DNA of 64,000 nt from Leptolyngbyaceae cyanobacterium (GTDB lineage Bacteria; Cyanobacteriota; Cyanobacteriia; Phormidesmidales; Phormidesmidaceae), in the NCBI GenBank assembly GCA_965263355.1, contig CBDHHL010000014.1, positions 38,312-102,311 on the forward strand, given 5' to 3'. Numbering within the stretch: position 1 is the stretch's first letter; the number at the start of each line of letters is the position of its first letter. Both the position numbers and the translations under genes were made by a program. A model generated the notes under the pieces. The model did no database searches, was not told where the DNA came from, and saw nothing but the letters and a program-made list of their open reading frames with translations. This document shows positions 1-9,834 of the stretch, in pieces.

Positions 1-1
1 T

Positions 2-832
2 AGGCAAGACCGTGAGACGATTTCACAACCTTTATGGAACCAATTATTGACCGGATTTGTTAAGACCAGAGCACATGCCCGGTTAGTTATTCACGGCAAA
101 ACTCTGCCAGCCATGGGCGTTCCTAACGGTTTCAATGAGCAAGCCAAGCAGGAGGCGACTATTTTAAGAGCTAAGCGTATGTCTGAAACTGTAGCCGTTA
201 GCGAACGGCGTAAATTAGCCCATGGAGGTCGCTACCCCAGCGGGCAATATACATACTTAGAAATGGACTCAGATAATAAACTTAGCGATTCAAAAGACAC
301 CTTAACTTTGCCTGACTGGTTGCAATTCGAACTTAATGATGAAGGTTTGCCGTGTTATGTGAGATCGGTGCTGGCATATTTCCCTGAATTACAGGGGCAA
401 GTCGAACCACGGTCTTGTCAAGCAGTTGCAGCGGTTCCCGTCGCTGATAACTCTATTGATTCGGCTAGACAGCAGTTAACCGCTCTTTGGGAAGGGGCCA
501 CAACCATTGCGCATCCCAGCAAAGACGAGATTGACTTAGAAGAAAAAGAAATTTGTGAAAATACTGAACGATTCGCCTATGTGGTCGTAAAGTATTTAAG
601 CGATAGGCAGCTTAATAAAACAACGTTGGCCCAGCTCCTAGCTAATTGTTATGAGCTGAAAAAGCATCTAAAGCTGAACAGCCATGATGAAAACATCAGG
701 GCCAAAGGTCGTGAGACTGCGAAGATCCTAACTAAAAAAGCTGGCAAACTTAATCTATTAAAGATTGAAGAACGCGGCCAAAGCATTAATATTTGGCCGC
801 CAGATGAACCGCTGTTTGGAGTCGCCAGATGA
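2..832 (+). CDS. Hypothetical protein, 5'-partial (frame is open to the window edge)
   Basis: ORF 47..832 extends upstream without a stop (RQDRETISQPLWNQLLTGFVK...). No diagnostic motif. Confidence 0.6.
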   Translation, partial: RQDRETISQPLWNQLLTGFVKTRAHARLVIHGKTLPAMGVPNGFNEQAKQEATILRAKRMSETVAVSERRKLAHGGRYPSGQYTYLEMDSDNKLSDSKDTLTLPDWLQFELNDEGLPCYVRSVLAYFPELQGQVEPRSCQAVAAVPVADNSIDSARQQLTALWEGATTIAHPSKDEIDLEEKEICENTERFAYVVVKYLSDRQLNKTTLAQLLANCYELKKHLKLNSHDENIRAKGRETAKILTKKAGKLNLLKIEERGQSINIWPPDEPLFGVAR

Positions 833-866
833 GGCCAAACAAAAATGATGAAACGCATGCGAGGCG

Positions 867-1085
867 ATGATTAAAATGGATATTTTCTTAGTTGGCTTAA
901 TAGCCATGGCTATCATGGCGATAGAAAATATCGTTACTTCTGGCGTTAGTAGAAGGCAAAATAAAAAAATTGCTTTCTTAAAAGAAGAAGTTGACGAACT
1001 AAACAAACAAGTAAACATTCTCAAAAATCAAGCCAAACGATTGGAGATTTTAGAGGAGATTGTAGTCAATCGTGAAAATATTTAA
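867..1085 (+). CDS. Small membrane-anchored coiled-coil protein
   Basis: Hydrophobic N-terminus then a heptad-like charged helix; overlaps the next ORF. Confidence 0.55.
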   Translation: MIKMDIFLVGLIAMAIMAIENIVTSGVSRRQNKKIAFLKEEVDELNKQVNILKNQAKRLEILEEIVVNRENI

Positions 1086-1512
1086 CTCTAATCGCACTGG
1101 CCATGTTACAGCCGCGATCGCTGTCGGTTGCGGCTTGGCTGGAGGTGCAATCGTTCTAAACTTGCCTTGGCAATTTTTCGTTACTGCCGCAACTATCCCA
1201 CTGTGGGAACTATGGGGAACATGCGACAATGATGTAAACTCTAGAAGTCTTAAAAAAGGCCGTTGGTATCGTCGTTTTTGGGTGTGGTGGTGGAAGAACT
1301 ACGCCCTAACCGTTGCGCATCGTTCAAGGTTTAGTCATTCAATTATTCCTGGAACAATCATCAGATTGATTGTTAGTGGCTGGGTTTTCTTTTTAGTGTG
1401 CAAACCTGGCCTATTAATTGCATTGTCTGTCTTGGCTGGATGCGTGATAGCGGATTGTGTTCATATGCTTAAAGATGGATACTGGCCTCAAGAAATTTTA
1501 TTCGGGAGATGA
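1072..1512 (+). CDS. Putative membrane metal-binding protein (DUF2227-like)
   Basis: N-terminal His, D-x-D, HRSRFSHSIIPGT and C-terminal H-x-x-x-D motifs between hydrophobic segments. Confidence 0.6.
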   Translation: MKIFNSNRTGHVTAAIAVGCGLAGGAIVLNLPWQFFVTAATIPLWELWGTCDNDVNSRSLKKGRWYRRFWVWWWKNYALTVAHRSRFSHSIIPGTIIRLIVSGWVFFLVCKPGLLIALSVLAGCVIADCVHMLKDGYWPQEILFGR

Positions 1513-1635
1513 AATAATGAAAGATTTTTTGCTTGGTTTTTGGATGATTCAATTTAGTTTTTATAACTGGCGTACTCTTTATTTTAAGAATCAGTTTAAT
1601 CAGCCATTTTGGAATAATTTGAACGGGGAAGGATA

Positions 1636-1818
1636 ATGACACCTATTTTCTTGAATTCGAATTCAATTAAGCTCATGGCTGAATGCCGTGATGCTGCTGA
1701 AAGAATCGTCTACAGACTGGATGAATGCGACATCGCAAATCGCACCAAAGAAAAAGATCAACAGGTGCATGAAGTGATGTTGGCTTTATTCAACGCGCAA
1801 ATCAACAAAAACAAATAA
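1636..1818 (+). CDS. Hypothetical protein
   Basis: ATG preceded by GGAAGGA RBS; 60 aa. Confidence 0.5.
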   Translation: MTPIFLNSNSIKLMAECRDAAERIVYRLDECDIANRTKEKDQQVHEVMLALFNAQINKNK

Positions 1819-2355
1819 TTCACAGCAACCGCCCACGATCGCACCGTCTGACCGAATACAAAGCCAGTCGCCACCACTGCCGACAAACCAGAATAAGTCT
1901 TTTTTAAGAAACCTGCATTGCCTGATTATCCTGTGGCGATGCAGGTTACTTTTTGCGATTACCTGTGGCATTTGAAAATTTCGCTTTCTTGCCAGTGGAG
2001 TGATTGACCCAAAAATAACGGCTGAACAAGTCCCAGCCCCCGATAATAAAACCATCCTGTAAAATTCCATCATCTGAATAAGCAGGCTTGCCTAGTTCAG
2101 CCAAAGCCCATGTGTTGATAGATTTTTGAGCTGGAATACTGATACGCCGATCCCGGCGAAGAACTTCGTTGGCCTTATTCAATGCGATCGCTTTTGCTAA
2201 TTGATTAAACATCAGTAGTAGTTAATGCACGACTGTTAAAGCATTCACAATTTTGACCGCAACATCCGGATTTGTATTTTGCATGACAATCATTACCAGT
2301 GCCAAAATTAAAAAACTAGGCTAATATCCAAGCAAAGCCGTCAATTACTATTTGG

Positions 2356-3615
2356 ATGCAATCAGTAGTTTTCTGGAATGGTTTTATGAAGGGTGCGAGT
2401 GAGATCGTGCCCCATCTCCCACCCGGCAAAGATATTTACGCTTTTGCCGAAGTCCAAGCAGGCGAAGATATAAGTTGGCTCGAAGAACTTCATAAGCTTT
2501 CCGGCAGGCACTATGAAGCATTTACCCAGCCATATCGCAACCAAGCACTGGCGATATATGTTGCCGACACAGTTAAAGTTTTAGAGCATAGAGAACTCAA
2601 TAACGTTAACTGCGACGGTAAAGGCAGAGCCAGTATTGCACTGCACTTAAAGCCTGAAGTTGGAGACGATTTCTGGATTGTTGTTGTTCACTTGCGTCGC
2701 CGCAATCGAATGGCAAGGGCTTGTGAGGCGGTCAGACTTAGAAATTGGATGCTGACTAAGCCGCGAGTGGTTGCAATTGGCGACTTTAATTTAGATATTG
2801 AGAGCAGGGAAGGCGGCAGTCGTGACCCTGCTTTTTACAAGCTTGTTGGAGGGGATATTGATTGGATTCGTCCCCAAAATAGAGAGCAGCCCACGCATTG
2901 TTCCCGGCATAGATCGTTATTGGATCTAGTTTTTGTGCGTGGGTTGCAGGGGACTGCACAAACCAGCGATATCCCGTGTAACAAGGCCAAAAATCCATCA
3001 GATCATCGGTGGATCGAGTTTAACCTAGAAGGTAAGAACATGGGCAAAACTAAAAATTATGGTGGTGGTTATTCTACTCACCAGCGTATTGGCAACCTTG
3101 AAAATATGTTCGGTGAGCTTCGAGATATTCTTGAAGACTTTAAGCAAAAACCAAGTGAACAAAAGAGTGAACCAGGGTTCGACTGGAAAGAACTTCCCTT
3201 GTTAGCTTGGCTATATGTTCAAGCTGCTTTTGGCGCAGCGATTAAAATTATCCAGTCTATCGCCGTTGCAGCGCTTGAACTAGGCCGCACAGTTGCCAGC
3301 ATTTTAGGTTTCACGGTTTTCTTATTGGCTGGATTGTTCGTTCTAATCACAGGAAGCAAGTACGTTCAATATGGCCTAGGACGTTTAGGGATTATTAACC
3401 ATGCAGACTCAGACCAACCAGACCCGCCAAACTATGCAGCCGAAACCGCAGGAGATGCGACTGCTGCTGTTGTTGAATGGACTACTGGGCTTGGTGTTTA
3501 TGGCAGTGACCGCGATCGTAGTCGAACAGCTGGGAACGATGAAAACGCAAGCTCAGGAATGGCTGAGGAACCGCGTAATGTCGAAATCTCAGGACTAAAA
3601 GAAGATCTTTCCTAA
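2356..3615 (+). CDS. Endonuclease/exonuclease/phosphatase (EEP) family protein fused to a C-terminal membrane domain
   Basis: WN, AEVQ, VVHL, GDFN, LDLVFV and SDH motifs in aa 1-225; hydrophobic helices follow. Confidence 0.8.
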   Translation: MQSVVFWNGFMKGASEIVPHLPPGKDIYAFAEVQAGEDISWLEELHKLSGRHYEAFTQPYRNQALAIYVADTVKVLEHRELNNVNCDGKGRASIALHLKPEVGDDFWIVVVHLRRRNRMARACEAVRLRNWMLTKPRVVAIGDFNLDIESREGGSRDPAFYKLVGGDIDWIRPQNREQPTHCSRHRSLLDLVFVRGLQGTAQTSDIPCNKAKNPSDHRWIEFNLEGKNMGKTKNYGGGYSTHQRIGNLENMFGELRDILEDFKQKPSEQKSEPGFDWKELPLLAWLYVQAAFGAAIKIIQSIAVAALELGRTVASILGFTVFLLAGLFVLITGSKYVQYGLGRLGIINHADSDQPDPPNYAAETAGDATAAVVEWTTGLGVYGSDRDRSRTAGNDENASSGMAEEPRNVEISGLKEDLS

Positions 3616-3678
3616 GTTTTACCAGGGAGTCTAGATCATGGCTTGCTATTCTTATGAGTAGCAAGCTTTTTTTTTGCC

Positions 3679-3969
3679 ATGAAATACCGAATAATACAAA
3701 AAGGAAATAGAGAATACAGAATTCAAATAAGATCTACCTGGATAGTTTTCATTAAACTTTTCTTTACAATTTTTACTGGTGGGTTTGCTTGGATTGCTTG
3801 GTGCTTAGCAAGCGATACAGGGTTTTTAGAGTTTTGGGAACCCTACGAAGACTTAGAAACCGCTGAAGATTACGAGCAAGCATATGAGAGGTTGCTCTAT
3901 ATTCGTGAGTTTCAAAACAACGAGATGCGGGTTAGACAAGCAAGGTATTTTGATTCCAATGAGCCATAA
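3679..3969 (+). CDS. Hypothetical membrane protein
   Basis: 96-aa ORF with one hydrophobic segment. Confidence 0.5.
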   Translation: MKYRIIQKGNREYRIQIRSTWIVFIKLFFTIFTGGFAWIAWCLASDTGFLEFWEPYEDLETAEDYEQAYERLLYIREFQNNEMRVRQARYFDSNEP

Positions 3970-4014
3970 TTGTATTGGTTCGCTACTCCTGAATGTTGTC
4001 TCTCTTTTAAGAGC

Positions 4015-4509
4015 ATGAAGAAATTTCTTTCACTTATTCCGTTAGCTTGTTTAGGCATTGCGTATGCCGCATCAAATGCCAGAGCTGCAGTAATAACACA
4101 AGCGACGGCTACCTTCGATTGCTATTACGTTGGATTTGACACTGTTGGGTCTTTAGAGATCAGAACCGACTATCCACTGGGCCACATCGCCCGCGCAGAA
4201 GCAATTGTTAATTTCAAATTCTTTGATGATCCGCCTGTCAATATTTCAATCGGAGACGAAAGTTCAACTGTCTTTTTCCGTCGAAACTATGTCAGTTTAG
4301 ATATCCCCCTCGAAGGTGACGAGCCACTAGATAGAGCACAGGAAGCAGAGCTTGTTTATTCTCGTATATCTGGCATTGGCCGTGATGATCTTGGATTCCC
4401 AACAGTCTATCAAGATATCCCTCTAACTCCATTTGGCTATGTCGGTGGTGTTGTCGAAAAATGCCATGAATTAGGCCAATTACCCAAAGCAAAAAATAAG
4501 TGTTCGTAG
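4015..4509 (+). CDS. Secreted hypothetical protein
   Basis: Signal peptide MKKFLSLIPLACLGIAYAASNARA; ATG 4015 is the likelier start than 3970. Confidence 0.55.
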   Translation: MKKFLSLIPLACLGIAYAASNARAAVITQATATFDCYYVGFDTVGSLEIRTDYPLGHIARAEAIVNFKFFDDPPVNISIGDESSTVFFRRNYVSLDIPLEGDEPLDRAQEAELVYSRISGIGRDDLGFPTVYQDIPLTPFGYVGGVVEKCHELGQLPKAKNKCS

Positions 4510-4517
4510 GTGGAATC

Positions 4518-5708
4518 ATGAAGAAGAGATATTTTTTAAGCGCGATCGCTTTATTAGGCTTAGGTGCTCCGGTTGCAGTGAGTCAGGTTTGCGACCAATT
4601 TACATTGACTGGGCCAAACTCAGGGGTTCAAGTGTTGGGTGACCTATGCCCTGATGGGTCCATCCAAAATGGACAAGTATTGAAGCCAGACGGCTCTAAC
4701 ATGGCAGCTGGTGAGACCATTACTTACACCGGCCCTGGTGGAGTGGCTAGTACATCAACTCATGATACGACGCCCAGCCTGCCAAGGCATTGGGAAGAGC
4801 TTGCAGGCTTCCCGCCCCCGTCAGTATCTGAGCTTTCGTTTGGAACGCCAACTCATGATCAGATTATTGGCCATGGGGATCTGAATGAATCCGTTTTCGG
4901 TGAGACCATCTTTTTTAGAAAAGACAATGTTCTTTTCGCTCAAATCCTTGAAGATGTAGTTCTTCCTCAGCCCACTGGGGGTCTTACTGACGGCGTTTAC
5001 GTTGTCAACGATATCGGCCATGGCAGTATCGCGGCTTTTTTCAATGGCGCGCTATCCTCAGATACCCAGATTAAGGGTTTTGGAGGTGAGTTCAGTGACC
5101 TGATCTCAACCTGGACCCCTAGTTCTGGTAGCCTGACGTATCACGAATTAGGAGTTACCAGCAATAAGTGGATTGCAAATTCAGATACTACGCAATCACT
5201 AGGAACTGTCCTTCGAAAGAATGGCAGAGAAGTAAACTCAATTGACCTTGATGCAATCGGATTTGTCGGCTCAGACTTTTATCTTTTTTCTGAGTCTGAT
5301 AAATACTTGGTTGTAGTTGATGACAACTACAATGTTGAGCGCATCTCGACGATTCCAGGCAAGTACTTTAATGGCCCTGGTACATTCACGGCCATCATTC
5401 AAGGTGACTTTGATTCTGACGGTCAAGCAAACGATTTTGCATCTGTGTTCAGAATCACCACTAGTGGCAACTCAAAGTACAGGTTTGAGATGTTCGAATA
5501 TGATTTATCCTCTAATTCGTATTCGAATATTGCAGACATCACAACTGACCTACTGTCAGGTGCCCCCCATCCTGAAGATTCACTGTCGGGCTATGGCAAT
5601 AGCATTGCTTTGTCCCGTCGCCGCAATGACGGTAACCAGCGGATGTACTACTGGAAAGTGGATGCCGTTGGTGGTAGCGTCTACTCAAGAAACTATCCAA
5701 CGAACTAA
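4518..5708 (+). CDS. Secreted beta-rich protein
   Basis: Signal peptide MKKRYFLSAIALLGLGAPVAVS after GGTGGA RBS; contains a GDFDSDG FG-GAP-like motif. Confidence 0.55.
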   Translation: MKKRYFLSAIALLGLGAPVAVSQVCDQFTLTGPNSGVQVLGDLCPDGSIQNGQVLKPDGSNMAAGETITYTGPGGVASTSTHDTTPSLPRHWEELAGFPPPSVSELSFGTPTHDQIIGHGDLNESVFGETIFFRKDNVLFAQILEDVVLPQPTGGLTDGVYVVNDIGHGSIAAFFNGALSSDTQIKGFGGEFSDLISTWTPSSGSLTYHELGVTSNKWIANSDTTQSLGTVLRKNGREVNSIDLDAIGFVGSDFYLFSESDKYLVVVDDNYNVERISTIPGKYFNGPGTFTAIIQGDFDSDGQANDFASVFRITTSGNSKYRFEMFEYDLSSNSYSNIADITTDLLSGAPHPEDSLSGYGNSIALSRRRNDGNQRMYYWKVDAVGGSVYSRNYPTN

Positions 5709-5711
5709 ATA

Positions 5712-6905
5712 ATGATTTTCAAAGCCTACATCGGGCTTTTTGCTTTGTTGTCTACACTCTGCAATCCGTGGGGCACAGACGACGAAGCAATTTTTTTATG
5801 GCCCAAACTTGTAATTCTGTTCTTGATTGCTGCATTAAATCAGTATTCAATCACTAAAGCTAACTCTCGAATTATCTGGCACTGGATAATCGGCTGGTTC
5901 CCCTGGTTGGCATGTGCATCAATTTCAACTTGGTTCGCGATAGTGCCTCATTACAGTGTCCTTGGTTACTACGGAAAAGCTTGCGGGCTTCTTTGGTGGA
6001 TAACCGTGGCTGTGTTTTTTTTGTTTAACAGACTAATCCTTAAAGAACGACCCGAACTATTCCAAGCTCAACTAACGGGTTTCCATATTGGAGGGGTAAT
6101 TAATGCAGCCGCTGGCCTCACTCAATGGGTACTTCACTTTTTTGGCATCGGGTTTGAACAGTATCCCATGCATGGGCTGTTCGGAAACTTTGGCGCATAT
6201 GCCGGGTTTATGCTGATGTGCTGCGCCGTTGCTGCTCAGTACAAAGCCAATAAATGGCTATTGGTTCTTTATACGATTGCCACACTGAATACTGGCGTGA
6301 GAATAGCCATGCTGGGGGCCGTTATTTGCAACTTGGTAGCTATTGGCTGGAAGCGAAGTATCCCCATAGTGCTATCGGCACTGGTCTTTATTGGACTTGT
6401 TACAAACAATAAGCAAGTTGGGGAGACAGCATCGCCCCATACTCCAGTGATGGCGCAGATCAGACGGATCAGTTCAAATCGAACCTACTATTGGGCTAGG
6501 GCATTCAGATATGCTCAGCGATCGCCTTTGATTGGCTACGGGTTCAATGGCTTGAATCTTCAAAAAGCGTTTCGTCAATGCCGCGAAGTGGGCATACTTC
6601 AATATTCGCGGTGGTCGTATCAATGCTCGGACGGCGCTTTCCCTGATGAAGATACTAAGCATTCGTATAATATTTGGCTCGACAGGCTAATAGAAACAGG
6701 CTTCCTAGGCTTGCTAGCTTATGGCTGGCTATGGGCTTGGTTGCTCTGGACTATTCGCGGTAGGGTGCTTTTGGTGTGGTCTATTTTTTTGCTGTGGTCT
6801 ATTTTTTGGTACGACGCAGCCGCATTTAGTTGGATAATATTTTGGATTTTTAGCAATGGCGAATCTTTCAGACGTTCCAAACGAACGGCAAGAACTAGCC
6901 CTTAA
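5712..6905 (+). CDS. O-antigen ligase-like (Wzy_C) polytopic membrane glycosyltransferase
   Basis: Many TM helices, GLFGN, R-x-x-x-W...SPLIGYG and YNIWLDRLIETGFLGL motifs. Confidence 0.75.
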   Translation: MIFKAYIGLFALLSTLCNPWGTDDEAIFLWPKLVILFLIAALNQYSITKANSRIIWHWIIGWFPWLACASISTWFAIVPHYSVLGYYGKACGLLWWITVAVFFLFNRLILKERPELFQAQLTGFHIGGVINAAAGLTQWVLHFFGIGFEQYPMHGLFGNFGAYAGFMLMCCAVAAQYKANKWLLVLYTIATLNTGVRIAMLGAVICNLVAIGWKRSIPIVLSALVFIGLVTNNKQVGETASPHTPVMAQIRRISSNRTYYWARAFRYAQRSPLIGYGFNGLNLQKAFRQCREVGILQYSRWSYQCSDGAFPDEDTKHSYNIWLDRLIETGFLGLLAYGWLWAWLLWTIRGRVLLVWSIFLLWSIFWYDAAAFSWIIFWIFSNGESFRRSKRTARTSP

Positions 6906-7062
6906 GCTGGGCTATCGGTTTGATCTTAAAACGGGAGAATATCTCGGCAGATATCGAAAAGGCGTATTTCAGCCCCCTGATGAAATGCCGCTGCCAGAAT
7001 TCCCTGAGGCAGCACTGAAAAGCGGAAAGCCAACGGGAAGGCATCTTAAGGTTTTAACTTGA
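6856..7062 (+). CDS. Hypothetical protein
   Basis: 68-aa ORF ending just before a terminator. Confidence 0.5.
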   Translation: MANLSDVPNERQELALKLGYRFDLKTGEYLGRYRKGVFQPPDEMPLPEFPEAALKSGKPTGRHLKVLT

Positions 7063-7080
7063 TTGACAATACAAACCATG

Positions 7081-7111
7081 AAACCGCTGCTTTTACGAGT
7101 AGCGGTTTTTT
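7081..7111 (+). terminator. Rho-independent terminator
   Basis: AAACCGCTGCT-tttacg-AGTAGCGGTTT stem followed by a T run. Confidence 0.75.
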
Positions 7112-7185
7112 GTTGGAAGACCCCTCTTCCAACCGCAAGTTAAACTGTGCTAGGGTGGGGTCTAACCTTTAGAAGATAAAGACCA

Positions 7186-7389
7186 ATGCCAAGAAAAAGA
7201 ATAGGCGTCGCCCAGTGGGGGTGTTCGCTGCCAGAAGAAGCCAGAGAAAGTCTCAAGGAAGTACTCAGAAACCTTGGCTGCCTATACAATGGGCAGCCAA
7301 GCTTAGGGGTTTTCCTAACAAGGATATGGAAAGGCGAACTAGTCATCTCAAAAAAAATTGAGATCCCCCTTGACGGGAATAACCTTTAG
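7186..7389 (+). CDS. Small putative DNA-binding regulator
   Basis: Basic N-terminus and short helices; flanked by two copies of TAACCTTTAGAAG. Confidence 0.45.
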   Translation: MPRKRIGVAQWGCSLPEEARESLKEVLRNLGCLYNGQPSLGVFLTRIWKGELVISKKIEIPLDGNNL

Positions 7390-7399
7390 AAGTTATAAC
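7370..7399 (+). promoter_or_regulatory. Sigma70-like promoter with an embedded repeated 13-mer
   Basis: TTGACG-N18-TATAAC; TAACCTTTAGAAG at 7380-7392 also occurs at 7163-7175. Confidence 0.55.
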
Positions 7400-7430
7400 T
7401 GAACCAGTTAAAGGCAAGGAGCCGAAAGAA

Positions 7431-7700
7431 ATGACTACTCAATCATTAGTTTTGGAAGCAAGACAATATTTTTCAGAAAGCCATATCGATATCGAGTCCT
7501 TGATTTCCAGTATTGAACGGCTTGTGGCCGATAAAGACTGGGAAAATGTACCTGATACAGACGGCGAATATGGATATGAATCCTGGGTTGAACTGTCCTA
7601 TGGACAGCCAGGGGATTTAGAGCCTGAGCCGGTCGTTGTTTTTTGCACTTGCAGTAATGAACCAGGGGCCATTACTGCAAAAACCTATAGGTACCTGTAA
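7431..7700 (+). CDS. Hypothetical acidic protein
   Basis: AAGGAG RBS upstream; 89 aa. Confidence 0.55.
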   Translation: MTTQSLVLEARQYFSESHIDIESLISSIERLVADKDWENVPDTDGEYGYESWVELSYGQPGDLEPEPVVVFCTCSNEPGAITAKTYRYL

Positions 7701-7702
7701 GG

Positions 7703-7927
7703 ATGATTATGGATAATACACCTGAATTACGAAAGCGCATCACCCGTGCAGCTGCCACTTGCTTCCATTGTCAATCTTGGCAGATTGACGCTATCTATAG
7801 TGATGGCGAATGGTATTTGTACGTTGCTGACGTGGCCGCAGGCACAACGGGAGAGCCCGAGCTAATCAAGTATAGGGTAGTCGAGAGTGATGAGCGTATC
7901 GCGTTTGAACTTACTGAAACTACCTGA
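7703..7927 (+). CDS. Hypothetical protein, paralogue of 26361..26591
   Basis: Shares PEL..RITRAAAT.F....WQID.I.SDGEWY with 26361..26591. Confidence 0.65.
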   Translation: MIMDNTPELRKRITRAAATCFHCQSWQIDAIYSDGEWYLYVADVAAGTTGEPELIKYRVVESDERIAFELTETT

Positions 7928-7945
7928 GGACATAATTACTATGCA

Positions 7946-8845
7946 TTAAATACTCAGTCTCATGTTCCCAGCCTCGTCCCAGACCCCAGAGAAACTATGG
8001 TTGCCCTGATGATCTCGGGAACTTTGCTCGCAAGCATTCCAAAGCCACAAATCAGCGCCATGATGTTCGCATCTGGCGCTGATTTCTTTATATATCTGGG
8101 TTTGTGCTTTTCTGACAATTGGCAAGTCAACTGTAGACAGCGCTGACGTTTCAAGCGCAACCTTAAGCCCAGCGCTTTGCAGTTCTCGCCAGAATGGGGG
8201 GAGATAGTTTAGTCGCATTAGCGAAACTGTTCCCATGGCTGAAATTTTCATCCATTGCACAGGGCCAACCTGCTCAGGGATTTCAGATTTTGCCTGATAC
8301 AGGCTAATATAATCAGCTCCGATAAATCCTGAGGCAATACCTTGCAAATCTTCGAGCCGGGTTACGATCCCATCGCGATCGCTTTGCTGACGGATTCTAT
8401 GCGATGAAATCCAAAGTTCAAGCTCTGGATAGTCAGCATGGATGGCCTTGTAAAAGGCAATTATCTCTGCCCAAAGATCGGTGTCACCACATAGGGTTAG
8501 CTCGCCTGCCAAGGTTATTTTTTTAGCGCCTCGACTGACACAGTGATCAACAATTGGTCTGGCTAGATTGTTAACATGTCCTTTTAATGTTAACGAGTCG
8601 CGGCCTTTTAGCTCAGGATAGCGACAGACAATTGGGTGAATATGAATGTCTAAGCCCGCAGCCTGATCAAGTTGTTTGTCCAACTCACTGAAGTCTGGGT
8701 TAGTGCCAAAAACGCCAACATCAGCAACGATTGAAAGGCCATAGATCTTTCTGAAATCAGCCGAGATCACAGGCTTGATGCCATTGTTTCTGATTACTTG
8801 TTGAGTAGTCAGTTTGTCAGGAGGAAATTGAGAATAAAGTTGCAT
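7946..8845 (-). CDS. Putative glycoside-hydrolase-like (TIM barrel) protein at the end of the tail operon
   Basis: PDFSELDKQL...IHIHPIV resembles clan A GH (GH10-like) N-terminal motifs; weak similarity. Confidence 0.4.
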   Translation of the reverse strand: MQLYSQFPPDKLTTQQVIRNNGIKPVISADFRKIYGLSIVADVGVFGTNPDFSELDKQLDQAAGLDIHIHPIVCRYPELKGRDSLTLKGHVNNLARPIVDHCVSRGAKKITLAGELTLCGDTDLWAEIIAFYKAIHADYPELELWISSHRIRQQSDRDGIVTRLEDLQGIASGFIGADYISLYQAKSEIPEQVGPVQWMKISAMGTVSLMRLNYLPPFWRELQSAGLKVALETSALSTVDLPIVRKAQTQIYKEISARCEHHGADLWLWNACEQSSRDHQGNHSFSGVWDEAGNMRLSI

Positions 8846-8848
8846 AAT

Positions 8849-9832
8849 TTAGGGCGGCAGTGGAGAACAAAGATTTCCGTTAAACCCTTCGTCATCGTCG
8901 CATTGACTATTAAAGAAGTCATCAGCGCAGCCAGGACAACAGGTCGCCAATAGCCAATCACTTAATTGATCCGACCAAATATAAACGCAAGGCGTCCCAT
9001 CCTCCTGATATATGGTAACCATGTCTCCCCTGATAAACGAGTTCGGGTCAGACGACGGAACCCCTTGGAAAAAGTTTTTTGAACCGGAAGTCCGCCAGGT
9101 CGTATTAGCTAGATCATAAGTCCACAAGCGATCAACCACAGTATCGTGATGCCCTTCCCCATTAACAGTACCTGGTGGAGCTGGCGTAGTTGGCGGCCCT
9201 GCGACATAGTTAATAGTTGCGCCGCCCCCACCACCAACAGGCCGCCATACGTCAGCAGCTTGGTCATAAATAGATAAAGAATTATCAATCGTGTTGTAGT
9301 GCAGCTGGCCATTGACTGTTCCTGACGAGATCGGGCCATTGGGTTCAAACGCGACAACTACTCCGCCGGAAGCCAGCTTTACAAACTGGCCAATTTTTTG
9401 TATCCAAACATAAGCATTAGCTTCGTTATAGTTGCCTTGAATGCCAGTTTGTTCAAGCCACAAATCACCGTTGGCCCCAAAATCACTGCCCTGAGTAGGC
9501 GGCCTAAGAGGATATCTAACTTGTGGTTGAGTTTGACTAACAGGCTGGTTAACCGTTTCCGTACTGCTTCCTAATAGCTCTAGCTGCCCCCCGGTCGATA
9601 ACTGCCGAGACTGCCCGATCGCTGGTTGCCGTGAAAGTTTTTGAACAGTAGATCTAGGAACTGTGAGAGAACCACCTGATTCTGTTCTAAGTGTGATTCC
9701 TTCAGCGCTGCTACCCGACACCGTGCCAGTAATAGTTGCAGCACCGATTCTTGCTTCAACCATTTGAGATTGAATGCGTTGAGTCGTGCGTTGCTTATTC
9801 CGGCTGGCTAATCTTTGGGTTAGGGCGGTCAT
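8849..9832 (-). CDS. Putative tail fibre/minor tail protein
   Basis: Repeated G(D/Q)LW...W and NG..H.T..D.L..YD....W fibre-type motifs; lies in the tail operon. Confidence 0.6.
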   Translation of the reverse strand: MTALTQRLASRNKQRTTQRIQSQMVEARIGAATITGTVSGSSAEGITLRTESGGSLTVPRSTVQKLSRQPAIGQSRQLSTGGQLELLGSSTETVNQPVSQTQPQVRYPLRPPTQGSDFGANGDLWLEQTGIQGNYNEANAYVWIQKIGQFVKLASGGVVVAFEPNGPISSGTVNGQLHYNTIDNSLSIYDQAADVWRPVGGGGGATINYVAGPPTTPAPPGTVNGEGHHDTVVDRLWTYDLANTTWRTSGSKNFFQGVPSSDPNSFIRGDMVTIYQEDGTPCVYIWSDQLSDWLLATCCPGCADDFFNSQCDDDEGFNGNLCSPLPP

Positions 9833-9834
9833 GG

